Below are positions 48,670-56,745 of a stretch of 58,771 nt of DNA, piece by piece. The first letter of the stretch is position 1; each line of letters starts with the position of its first letter. The notes under the pieces are model-generated. The model was given only the letters and a program-made list of their open reading frames with translations. It did not search any database and was not told the origin of the DNA. Origin of the DNA: Chryseobacterium gleum (lineage in GTDB: Bacteria > Bacteroidota > Bacteroidia > Flavobacteriales_D > Crocinitomicaceae); contig CALPUT020000001.1 of assembly GCA_943326825.2 (NCBI GenBank), forward strand, positions 1 to 58,771. Direction: 5' to 3'. Made by a program: the position numbers and the translations under genes.

Positions 48670-50814
48670 ATGAAATTAGGAATTAAACAATCGATTGTTA
48701 CAGGAGGGAAAGAAATCTCTGTTGAAACAGGAAAATTGGCAAAACAAGCAGATGGAGCTGTTGTAGTAAGAATGGGTGACACTATGTTACTTGCAACTGT
48801 TGTATCGTCATTAGACGCAAAAGAAGGAGTTGATTTCCTTCCATTAACAGTTGATTACAGAGAGCGTTTCTCAGCAGCTGGGAAAATACCAGGAGGTTTC
48901 CTTCGTCGTGAAGCTCGTCCATCTGATGGAGAAGTTTTAGTTATGCGTTTAGTAGATAGAGCATTACGTCCATTATTTCCTGATGACTACCATGCGGAAG
49001 TACAGGTAATGATTCAATTACTTTCTTACGATGGAATCAATAATCCAGATGTATTAACAGGTTTTGCAGCTTCTGCAGCGATTGCTGTTTCAGATATTCC
49101 TTTCAACGGACCAATGTCTGAAGTTCGAATAGGAAGAGTAGATGGGAAATTCATCATCAATCCAACAATGGAAGAGATGAAGAGTTCTGACATGGACGTA
49201 GTAATTGCTGGTACAGCGAAAGATGTAAACATGTTAGAAGGTGAGATGAAAGAAATTTCTGAAGCTGAAATGGTGGAAGCAATTAAAATAGCTCACGAAG
49301 AAATTAAAAAACAATGTCAATTCCAACTTGATTTTGCTGCTCAAATTCCAACTTCTTCTCCAAAAAGAGTTTATTCTCACGAAACGCACGATGAAGAATT
49401 AAGAACAAGAGTTACTGAATTCTCAATGGAGAAATGTAAAGCAGTAGCTCGTCAAGGATTAGCTTCAAAAGTTACTAGAACTGAATTATTTGATGCAGTT
49501 AAAACTGAATTGAAAGCAACTTTTACAGAAGTAGAATTAGCTGAAAAAGGTGGATTAATTTCTACTTACTTCAGTGATGCTAAGAAAAAAGCAGTTCGTC
49601 ATGTAATGTTACACGAAAAAATACGTTTAGATGGTCGTGCATTTGATCAAATTCGTCCAATCTGGGCTGAAGTTGATTACTTACCAATGGTTCACGGTTC
49701 AGCTGTGTTTACTAGAGGTGAAACACAATCTTTAACTACTTTAACTTTAGGAGGTAAACAAGATGAGCAATTATTAGATGGAGCTACTTTTAGAGGTACA
49801 GAGTCTTTTATGTTACATTATAACTTCCCTCCATTCTCAACTGGTGAGGCACGTCCATTAAGAGGAACTTCAAGAAGAGAAGTTGGTCACGGAAATTTAG
49901 CGTTAAGAGCGTTGAAACAAGTTTTACCAGATAATTATCCTTACACAGTTCGTATTGTTTCTGACATTTTAGAATCTAATGGTTCTTCATCAATGGCGAC
50001 AGTATGTGCTGGAACATTAGCGTTAATGGATGGTGGTGTTCAAATTAAAGCGCCTGTATCAGGTATTGCAATGGGGTTAGTTGCTGATGAAACTGGAGCA
50101 TTCTGTGTGTTATCAGATATCTTAGGTGACGAAGATCACTTAGGAGATATGGATTTCAAAGTAACAGGAACTGCAAAAGGAATCACAGCTTGTCAAATGG
50201 ATATTAAAGTAGACGGATTGTCTTATGAAGTATTAACTCAAGCGTTAAACCAAGCAAGAGCAGGAAGATTACATATTTTAGATAAAATTGTTGAGACGAT
50301 TGCAACTCCAAATCCAGAGTTAAAACCTCAAACTCCAAGAATTGAAATGTTGGTTGTTCCAAATGATATGATTGGTGCTATTATCGGACCTGGAGGAAAA
50401 ATCATTCAAGGAATTCAAAAAGATACTGGAGCTACAATTTCTATTGAAGAATTAGAAACAGGTGAAGGAAAAGTTCTTGTAATGTCAAATGACGGTGCAA
50501 GTATGAAAGCTGCATTGGATAGAATTAAATTAATCGCATTCCCTCCAACTGTTGAAGAAGGTGTTGAATACGAAGGAAAAGTTAAATCTATTCAAGCTTA
50601 CGGATGTTTCGTTGAAATTTTACCAGGAACGGATGGCTTAATTCATATTTCTGAATTTGCTTGGGAAAAATTAGAAAAATTAGATGGTTTAGTAAAAGAA
50701 GGAGATATCGTTCGTTTTAAAGTAGTTGGTAAAGATATCAAAACTAAAAAATGGAAATTATCTCGTAAAGTTTTATTACCAAAACCAGAGAAAAAAGAAG
50801 AAGCGCAAGCTTAA
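48670..50814 (+). CDS. pnp: Polyribonucleotide nucleotidyltransferase (PNPase)
   Basis: Two RNase PH domains, KH (IGPGGK) and S1 domains. Classic rpsO-pnp synteny. Confidence 0.97.
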   Translation: MKLGIKQSIVTGGKEISVETGKLAKQADGAVVVRMGDTMLLATVVSSLDAKEGVDFLPLTVDYRERFSAAGKIPGGFLRREARPSDGEVLVMRLVDRALRPLFPDDYHAEVQVMIQLLSYDGINNPDVLTGFAASAAIAVSDIPFNGPMSEVRIGRVDGKFIINPTMEEMKSSDMDVVIAGTAKDVNMLEGEMKEISEAEMVEAIKIAHEEIKKQCQFQLDFAAQIPTSSPKRVYSHETHDEELRTRVTEFSMEKCKAVARQGLASKVTRTELFDAVKTELKATFTEVELAEKGGLISTYFSDAKKKAVRHVMLHEKIRLDGRAFDQIRPIWAEVDYLPMVHGSAVFTRGETQSLTTLTLGGKQDEQLLDGATFRGTESFMLHYNFPPFSTGEARPLRGTSRREVGHGNLALRALKQVLPDNYPYTVRIVSDILESNGSSSMATVCAGTLALMDGGVQIKAPVSGIAMGLVADETGAFCVLSDILGDEDHLGDMDFKVTGTAKGITACQMDIKVDGLSYEVLTQALNQARAGRLHILDKIVETIATPNPELKPQTPRIEMLVVPNDMIGAIIGPGGKIIQGIQKDTGATISIEELETGEGKVLVMSNDGASMKAALDRIKLIAFPPTVEEGVEYEGKVKSIQAYGCFVEILPGTDGLIHISEFAWEKLEKLDGLVKEGDIVRFKVVGKDIKTKKWKLSRKVLLPKPEKKEEAQA

Positions 50815-50821
50815 AAATAAT

Positions 50822-50859
50822 TTAGTAGATTGAAAATTAATTTGTTTTCAATCTACTAA
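50822..50859 (+). terminator. Hairpin after pnp
   Basis: Perfect 15-bp stem TTAGTAGATTGAAAA/TTTTCAATCTACTAA with an 8-nt loop. AT-rich, with only a weak T-tract. Confidence 0.5.
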
Positions 50860-50887
50860 TAGTTTAATTTTGTAAAAAATAAAAATT

Positions 50888-51145
50888 ATGGCAAGTAGAA
50901 AGTATATTAAAAAAGCGTTAAACAATATGGTATTTGATATCGTTGAAGAATGTTTTACAATTCAATTATTTGATGAAACTAAAACTGAAAAAACGAATGT
51001 TATCATCAATGAAGCTGCAGATTTTCAAGATGCCGTTTTAGCTGAAATTAGCAAAGCAAAAACAAAACAAGATTTTGCACCAATCAATACTAAAATTGAA
51101 GAGTCAGCTTTAGAATTTATTAATAAATTAAATAGCTTGAATTAA
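50888..51145 (+). CDS. Small hypothetical protein (85 aa)
   Basis: ORF flanked by hairpin terminators on both sides. No recognisable motif. Confidence 0.4.
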   Translation: MASRKYIKKALNNMVFDIVEECFTIQLFDETKTEKTNVIINEAADFQDAVLAEISKAKTKQDFAPINTKIEESALEFINKLNSLN

Positions 51146-51170
51146 TTTTTATAAATTAATTTAAAATATT

Positions 51171-51198
51171 AAAAGCGGATGAATGTCCGCTTTTTTTT
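51171..51198 (+). terminator. Terminator after the 85-aa ORF
   Basis: AGCGGA-TGAATG-TCCGCT followed by T8. Confidence 0.75.
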
Positions 51199-51234
51199 GT
51201 GTTATTTTTGTTCAAATATATTTATTGTAAGTTC

Positions 51235-51999
51235 ATGAAAGTAATTATTTCTCCAGCAAAGTCAATTGAATATAAGCCTATTAATATTGAGGAAGGTTTT
51301 TCTATTCCTCATTTCATAAAAGAGACAGAGGTTTTGGCGAAGAAACTAAAAAAAGTTTCAACAAAAAAGCTAAGTGAAATGATGCATATTTCAGTCGAAC
51401 TTTCAGATTTGAATTTTCATCGCTATCAAAATTGGGAAACTCCAAATGAAAAAAAGGAAAGTAATTTTCCATGTATAGCAGTTTTTAATGGTGAAGCTTT
51501 TAAAGGATTGAACGCATGGTCAATGTCTTCTGAATTATTGCAAAAGACAAATGAAAAATTACGAGTTCTTTCTGGTTTATATGGGATTTTAAAGCCATTA
51601 GACTTAATCTATCCATACAGATTAGAAATGGGCACAAAATGGCAAATTAATCCATCTACTAAAGATTTATATTCGTTTTGGGGGCATAAAATAGCAGATT
51701 TTTTGAATAAAGATCTTTCAGAAAATGAAGTGCTAATTAATTTGGCTTCAACTGAATATTTCAAAGCTGTTGATCTGAAAAAGTTAAAAGCGAAAGTAAT
51801 TACTCCATTGTTTAAAGATTTTAAAAATGGGGAGTATAAAACGATAATGATGTATGCAAAACATCAAAGAGGAGCAATGGCTCGTTATATTATTGAAAAT
51901 GATTTAAAATCAAAAGAAGAACTGAAATTATATAATGGTGATGGTTATTCATTTGACGTAAAAGCATCAACTGAAAAGGAGTGGGTGTTTGTTAGGTAA
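51235..51999 (+). CDS. yaaA: YaaA-family (UPF0246, peroxide stress) protein
   Basis: Start trimmed to MKVIISPAKS. ...YGILKPLD.I.PYRLEM motif. Confidence 0.88.
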   Translation: MKVIISPAKSIEYKPINIEEGFSIPHFIKETEVLAKKLKKVSTKKLSEMMHISVELSDLNFHRYQNWETPNEKKESNFPCIAVFNGEAFKGLNAWSMSSELLQKTNEKLRVLSGLYGILKPLDLIYPYRLEMGTKWQINPSTKDLYSFWGHKIADFLNKDLSENEVLINLASTEYFKAVDLKKLKAKVITPLFKDFKNGEYKTIMMYAKHQRGAMARYIIENDLKSKEELKLYNGDGYSFDVKASTEKEWVFVR

Positions 52000-52074
52000 A
52001 TCTAGTTAATAGGAAATTAAAAGTTAATAATTGATAGTTAACTAATACAGTCAACTATCAATTTAATATATTTA

Positions 52075-52641
52075 TTATTTTTTCACTCTTTCAACGTAAA
52101 CACCAGTGCGAGTATCGATTTTAATAATCTCACCCATATCGATAAATAAAGGAACTTTAATTTCTGCTCCTGTAGCTATAGTAGCTGGTTTCATTGAATT
52201 TGTTGCTGTATCACCCTTAACACCTGGTTCAGTATATGTAACTTCAGAAATAATGTGCATTGGTAACTCAACAACTAAAGGCATTTCTTCATCTGCATGA
52301 AATAAAATATTACAAGTCATTCCCTCTAATAAGAATCCTGGTTTTTCAATCATTTTACCTGGTATATCAACTTGTTCAAATGATTCATTATTCATAAAAA
52401 TAAAGTTTTCACCTTCTTGATATAAATATTGGTATTCTCTATTTTCAATTCGAACTGTTTCAATTTTGTGACCTGCTGAAAAAGTATTGTCAAGTACTTT
52501 TCCTGTCTCAATTTGACGCATTTTTGTACGAACGAAAGCTGGTCCTTTTCCGGGTTTTACGTGTTGAAATTCAATGATTTGAAATAATTTCTCATTGTGT
52601 TTTATACACAATCCATTTTTTATGTCTGCTGTTGTTGCCAT
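52075..52641 (-). CDS. efp: Elongation factor P
   Basis: 188 aa: ...HVKPGKGPAFVRTK...TG..I.VP.F. Confidence 0.95.
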   Translation of the reverse strand: MATTADIKNGLCIKHNEKLFQIIEFQHVKPGKGPAFVRTKMRQIETGKVLDNTFSAGHKIETVRIENREYQYLYQEGENFIFMNNESFEQVDIPGKMIEKPGFLLEGMTCNILFHADEEMPLVVELPMHIISEVTYTEPGVKGDTATNSMKPATIATGAEIKVPLFIDMGEIIKIDTRTGVYVERVKK

Positions 52642-52759
52642 GCTATTATTTAAAAGTGATGCAAAGATATGGAAATTCAGTAAAAGTCTAAACTTTAAAG
52701 CAAAAAAAAGAGATAATTCAATCCAAATTGATTAAATTTAATCCGTAAAATTAGGAATC

Positions 52760-53056
52760 ATGAAAGAATATTGGGGAAGTTTAAATACTCTTAAAAGAAT
52801 CAAATTAATTTCTTCAATTATTTCAATTATTTTGATTGTTATTTTCTCTTTTCAAAATTGGGATAAAAGTGAAGTGAATTTTATCTTTTTTTCATTAAAA
52901 GTACCAGTTACATTAATCATTTTTGCGGCAATGATTTCAGGATATTTTATTTCATCTCTATATAATTTCAGTTATATAAAAAAGAAAGATAAAGAAATTA
53001 CCGACCTCAAATCAAAAATTAATGCTTTAATTAAAGATAAAGGCGATTCTTTATAA
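52760..53056 (+). CDS. LapA-domain (DUF1049-like) small membrane protein
   Basis: Two TM helices, the QNW...V.F.F motif, and a C-terminal coiled/charged tail. Confidence 0.6.
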   Translation: MKEYWGSLNTLKRIKLISSIISIILIVIFSFQNWDKSEVNFIFFSLKVPVTLIIFAAMISGYFISSLYNFSYIKKKDKEITDLKSKINALIKDKGDSL

Positions 53057-53093
53057 ATTTCACATTATTCGTTAACCTTATTTTTGAAATTGT

Positions 53094-53101
53094 TACTTTT
53101 G
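53094..53101 (+). promoter_or_regulatory. -7 box (TACTTTTG) preceding the structured RNA candidate
   Basis: Matches TAnnTTTG. No ORF start lies within 270 nt downstream. Confidence 0.45.
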
Positions 53102-53104
53102 TAC

Positions 53105-53330
53105 TAGAGGTACATCTACAAAGTTAGAGCAGTGACCTTATTCCGAAAGGGAGCCCATGCAGATTATCTTGAAGCTAACAATTTTGACAATAAAGGGAGT
53201 CTTTATTAACCAATGGCGGGCCGAGTCTTAGTAATAAGAATTGATTTTTCAATCGTCGGATTACAACGGTTAGTGGTTACCTTAAACGTGTTTTCTGAGC
53301 TTCGGAAAACCCAACTGCATGGGTTATTTA
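53105..53330 (+). ncRNA. Candidate structured RNA (stand-alone sRNA or 5' leader), class not recognised
   Basis: -7 box TACTTTTG at 53094-53101. Locally higher GC. GAAA, GUAA and UUCG tetraloop hairpins. 9-bp long-range helix 53154-53162/53315-53323. The only ORF across it looks non-coding. Confidence 0.45.
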
Positions 53331-53374
53331 TACTAAAAAGTTTTTTTAATCGTTTCTACTATAAATTGGATAGT

Positions 53375-53497
53375 ATGAAAACAATAATTAAAATTATTTT
53401 TTTATCATTAATACTGATGATTACTTCTTGTGGAAGTTCTAAAAATAGAAAGTGTAATGGAAAAAAAGCAATTCAAACCTCAATGGGTAAAATGTAG
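53375..53497 (+). CDS. 40-aa putative lipoprotein (MKTIIKIIFLSLILMITSCGSSKNRKCNGKKAIQTSMGKM)
   Basis: Internal ATG of the 94-aa track ORF gives a clean signal peptide and the lipobox ITSC. Confidence 0.4.
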   Translation: MKTIIKIIFLSLILMITSCGSSKNRKCNGKKAIQTSMGKM

Positions 53498-53502
53498 ATA
53501 TT

Positions 53503-53721
53503 ATGAATTTTCCTCAATATAGAATGCTTATTAATGAGAAAGTCATTTATAAAATAATTGATGATCGTAATTTTGAAGAAAAGCAACGATTGGGTTCAAA
53601 AGTTTTTCATTTTAAAATAGAAGCAAAACAATATCCTGAACTTTTAAAGATACAAGATATGTTGAGTTGTATTGACCAGATATTTCTTATAAAAGAAGAG
53701 AAAGATTGGTTATCGTTTTGA
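53503..53721 (+). CDS. 72-aa hypothetical protein
   Basis: ORF begins 5 nt after the preceding stop. No recognisable motif. Confidence 0.35.
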   Translation: MNFPQYRMLINEKVIYKIIDDRNFEEKQRLGSKVFHFKIEAKQYPELLKIQDMLSCIDQIFLIKEEKDWLSF

Positions 53722-53727
53722 ATGAAT

Positions 53728-54579
53728 TTATTTGACTGAAAATATAATGTCTACTCGTCTATTTTTTCTTCTGTCTTCTTCTGTCTTCTCAGGAGTAACC
53801 ATCGGTAAATTGTTACTAAAGCCTTGTGATTTTAAACGTTTTTTGCTAACACCTCGTTTTACTAATTCTTTTAAAACTAATTTTGCTCTTTGTTTTGACA
53901 GTTTCATTGCTTTTCCACAACATACATGACCTCTTATGTATGCGTGTACATCTTTATTTGTATTTAAATATTCAGAGAGTTTATCTATTTCAGAAAAAGA
54001 TCCGGGTGTTAAACTAAAAGTTCCATCAAAGAATTGAATGTTAAGCTGCATTTGGAATACCATTCCTTTCTCCAGTTTTTTGTCGTAAATCTCATCTTTA
54101 AAGGCCATTTCAGTGATTAAAGAAGAGTCAATATTTTTAATTGATGAATCTTTACTATTCTCATAATTTAATAAAGAATCATTAGCTATTAGTGAAGATT
54201 TATATATAACGTCGACTCTTCTCCATTTATCAAATTGTTGAATAGGATAAATTAAATTATCTGGATAATTTATTCCGTAAATATTACTTTTTTCTATAAT
54301 AATATTTTTGTCCAGTAACTTTTTAACAGCGTTTAATCGTTCCTCAGCTATTTGTTGGTTGATTTCTTTAGAACCATCTTTACTGCTATAACTATTTATT
54401 TCAATTATTGAAATTTTATGGTTATTAGCATAAATGTTAAATGTATCAATAGCTTTTTTTGAACTTTCTACAGGTAATGTTTCATTAACATTAAAGAAAA
54501 ATGAGACTATATTCGTTTGTTGAGCCGATGATAAAAGGCTAAATGTAAATAGTGATATAAAGAGAACTAAAATTCTCAT
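53728..54579 (-). CDS. OmpA-family (peptidoglycan-associating) protein
   Basis: Signal peptide. C-terminal OmpA-like block ...LS..RA..V...L...GV...RL...GFS...P......E.DRRKNRRVDI. Confidence 0.75.
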   Translation of the reverse strand: MRILVLFISLFTFSLLSSAQQTNIVSFFFNVNETLPVESSKKAIDTFNIYANNHKISIIEINSYSSKDGSKEINQQIAEERLNAVKKLLDKNIIIEKSNIYGINYPDNLIYPIQQFDKWRRVDVIYKSSLIANDSLLNYENSKDSSIKNIDSSLITEMAFKDEIYDKKLEKGMVFQMQLNIQFFDGTFSLTPGSFSEIDKLSEYLNTNKDVHAYIRGHVCCGKAMKLSKQRAKLVLKELVKRGVSKKRLKSQGFSNNLPMVTPEKTEEDRRKNRRVDIIFSVK

Positions 54580-54597
54580 TTTTTTTTTAGTATTAAA

Positions 54598-54629
54598 ATA
54601 AAAAAAGCGTCTCTATTTCTAAAGACGCT
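54598..54629 (-). terminator. Terminator of the M16 peptidase pair
   Basis: Minus-strand AGCGTCT-loop-AGACGCT followed by a T-run. Confidence 0.7.
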
Positions 54630-54650
54630 ATAAATGTAAAAAAATATTCG

Positions 54651-56735
54651 TTACTTAAATGTTTTCAGGTCAACTTTATCTTTTATTATTAAAGAAGTTA
54701 CTTTAATGTTAAAAGACATTTCTCCTTGAATAATCGCCATTTTAAATGGGAACAAAACACCATTAACATCTTTGAAGTCTCCATATTGAGAAGAAATTTC
54801 AGTTGTTTTATCAGCATCTTTTTCAATTTTTAAACTTTTAATTTTCATAAAGTTTTTTGTATCATAATAATCAAATGATTCTGATTTACCATCATTCACT
54901 TTCATAACATATGAATCAACGCCATCAATATTTTCAATACCAAGCAATTCGTAATTTACTTTAACTTTAGTATAATTCATTTCAGGAAACAATCCAATTG
55001 ATTTCCCTTTAGTTGCGATTTCTTCAGCTGTTAATTCTTTTTTGCCTTCTTGCATTGAAGTAGACGCACCAGTAGTACCGTCAAAATATGCTTTTTGTAA
55101 TACCATTCCTTGAGCTTCTATTTTTGAACCTTCAATATTTGGTGTTTGCCAAACTCTTGTAGAAGAGATAGGGAAGGGCGCTTGCGGAATTGTTAATTCA
55201 GATACTTCTTCAAATGCTTTGAATTTTTTCAATTTTTTAGTTGCAGCTTTTAATGAAGTTGTTTGTGTTGCAGCTAATACATATTTCTCGATTAATTGAT
55301 CTTTAGTAATGTCAGCTTTTTTCATTTCTTTCACTTGATCTCCAAAAGCATCCCAAACTTCAACAATACCATCCGCATCAAATTGTTTTAATTTTTCTAA
55401 TACTTCTTCATTTCCTACAACAATAATATTACAGTTTTTAGCTGAATAATATTTTTGAGCCATCATTAACACATCATCTTTTGAAACTGCTTCTAATCTT
55501 TTCAAATAGGTTTGGTAATAATCTTTACTCAAGTTGTAACGTATGATATTTAATGCAAAACGTGCAATTGTTTGAGGTCTTTCCAATGATCTAGCAAATC
55601 CTCCAGCCATAACCATTTTGGTCAAATTCAATTCTTCATCTTTAACATAGCCATTAGTAATATTGTCTAATTCGAATAAAATTTGAGTAATAGCACTATC
55701 TGTAACTGCATTTCTAAAGTTACCAGAAGCTGAAAAAGAACTTCCAAATTCATTTATATTTAAACTTGAATAACAACCATATGTATAGGCTTTGTCTTCT
55801 CTTAAGTTTTGCATTAATCGAGTTCCGAAACCACCACCACCTAAGATGTCATTTAAAACAGTTAATGGTAATTGATCTTTTTCACCTGGTTTGATATTTA
55901 AAGGAAAAGTAACATTAATTACTGATTGAACAGCACCTGGTTTTTTAACAAAAATAACACGATTTCCTTTATGAGAGTTTGATAAAGGCATTTGTTGTTT
56001 GTAGGCCATATTTCCATTCCATTTTGAGAAATACTTTTCTACAACTGCAGTTACTTGTGCTTTTGTTATGTCACCAACGATTACTAGGTAACTTCCTTTT
56101 GGAGTGAAAATTAATTTGTAAAAATTCTTTACATCATCTAATGTAATATTGTTTAATGTAGCTTCTGTCATTATTTCACCATAAGGATGACCTTTAGGGA
56201 AATTTGATTTAGATTCTGCATTATTAGCAATTGTTTCAGGACTAGATTTAGTAGACATTAATGAAGAAACTGTTTGATTTTTAATTCTTTCAAATTCGCT
56301 TTGAGGAAAATTTGCATTCATTAAAACATCTGACATTAATTCCAAACCTTTATCCATGTGTTTTGTTAAACATGAAAGATAAACAGATTCTTTATCAGCA
56401 GATAAATCAGCTCCGATGTAATCTTTTTCTTTGTCTAACTGATCTTTAGAACGATTTGTTGTTCCAGAAAGAATTAATTCACCTGCAATACTTGATAATC
56501 CTGCTTTAGAATCTTCAGTCAAAGGAGTTGCTCCCATTGACATATTAAAAGAAACTTTTGGTAGTTTATGGTTTTCAGATAAAATTACAGTAATACCGTT
56601 AGAAGTTGTGAAAACTTCAGAATCTTTAATGTTGATAGCAGGAGCTTTAGCTGCCGATGGACGAACTGAACGATCAATTTGCCCAAACATTATAGAGGGA
56701 ATTAAGATCCCTAATGATAAAATATATTTTTTCAT
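54651..56735 (-). CDS. M16-family peptidase-like protein, probably the non-catalytic partner, with an extra C-terminal domain
   Basis: Start trimmed to MKKYILSLG. M16 fold pattern, but the HxxEH position reads SSIAGELILSG, with no His. Confidence 0.7.
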   Translation of the reverse strand: MKKYILSLGILIPSIMFGQIDRSVRPSAAKAPAINIKDSEVFTTSNGITVILSENHKLPKVSFNMSMGATPLTEDSKAGLSSIAGELILSGTTNRSKDQLDKEKDYIGADLSADKESVYLSCLTKHMDKGLELMSDVLMNANFPQSEFERIKNQTVSSLMSTKSSPETIANNAESKSNFPKGHPYGEIMTEATLNNITLDDVKNFYKLIFTPKGSYLVIVGDITKAQVTAVVEKYFSKWNGNMAYKQQMPLSNSHKGNRVIFVKKPGAVQSVINVTFPLNIKPGEKDQLPLTVLNDILGGGGFGTRLMQNLREDKAYTYGCYSSLNINEFGSSFSASGNFRNAVTDSAITQILFELDNITNGYVKDEELNLTKMVMAGGFARSLERPQTIARFALNIIRYNLSKDYYQTYLKRLEAVSKDDVLMMAQKYYSAKNCNIIVVGNEEVLEKLKQFDADGIVEVWDAFGDQVKEMKKADITKDQLIEKYVLAATQTTSLKAATKKLKKFKAFEEVSELTIPQAPFPISSTRVWQTPNIEGSKIEAQGMVLQKAYFDGTTGASTSMQEGKKELTAEEIATKGKSIGLFPEMNYTKVKVNYELLGIENIDGVDSYVMKVNDGKSESFDYYDTKNFMKIKSLKIEKDADKTTEISSQYGDFKDVNGVLFPFKMAIIQGEMSFNIKVTSLIIKDKVDLKTFK

Positions 56736-56745
56736 TATCGTCAAA

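Noticed and set aside
53105-53165. UAGAGGUAC... and CCGAAAGGGAGC segments resembling parts of the lysine riboswitch or SRP domain IV
   Set aside because: Other conserved elements of those families are missing: AGAGGCGC and the lysine five-helix junction, and the SRP AGGUCAGG/AGCAGCC loops. The downstream genes are also unrelated to lysine metabolism.
53210-53285. Possible tRNA or tmRNA fragment in the GC-richer stretch (GGCGGGCCGAG...GGTTACC)
   Set aside because: No cloverleaf can be drawn. There is no GTTCRANYC T-loop, no CCA or acceptor pairing, and no tmRNA tag reading frame.
53290-53310. CUGAGC-UUCG-GAAAAC looked superficially like a hammerhead core (CUGANGA...GAAA)
   Set aside because: The CUGANGA box is not intact (CUGAGC), and no matching stem II/III or cleavage-site context could be built.
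53213-53374. N-terminal part of the 94-aa track ORF (MAGRVLVIRIDFS...)
   Set aside because: It runs through the hairpin-dense RNA candidate and has no protein-like features. A clean signal peptide and lipobox begin only at the internal ATG at 53375.
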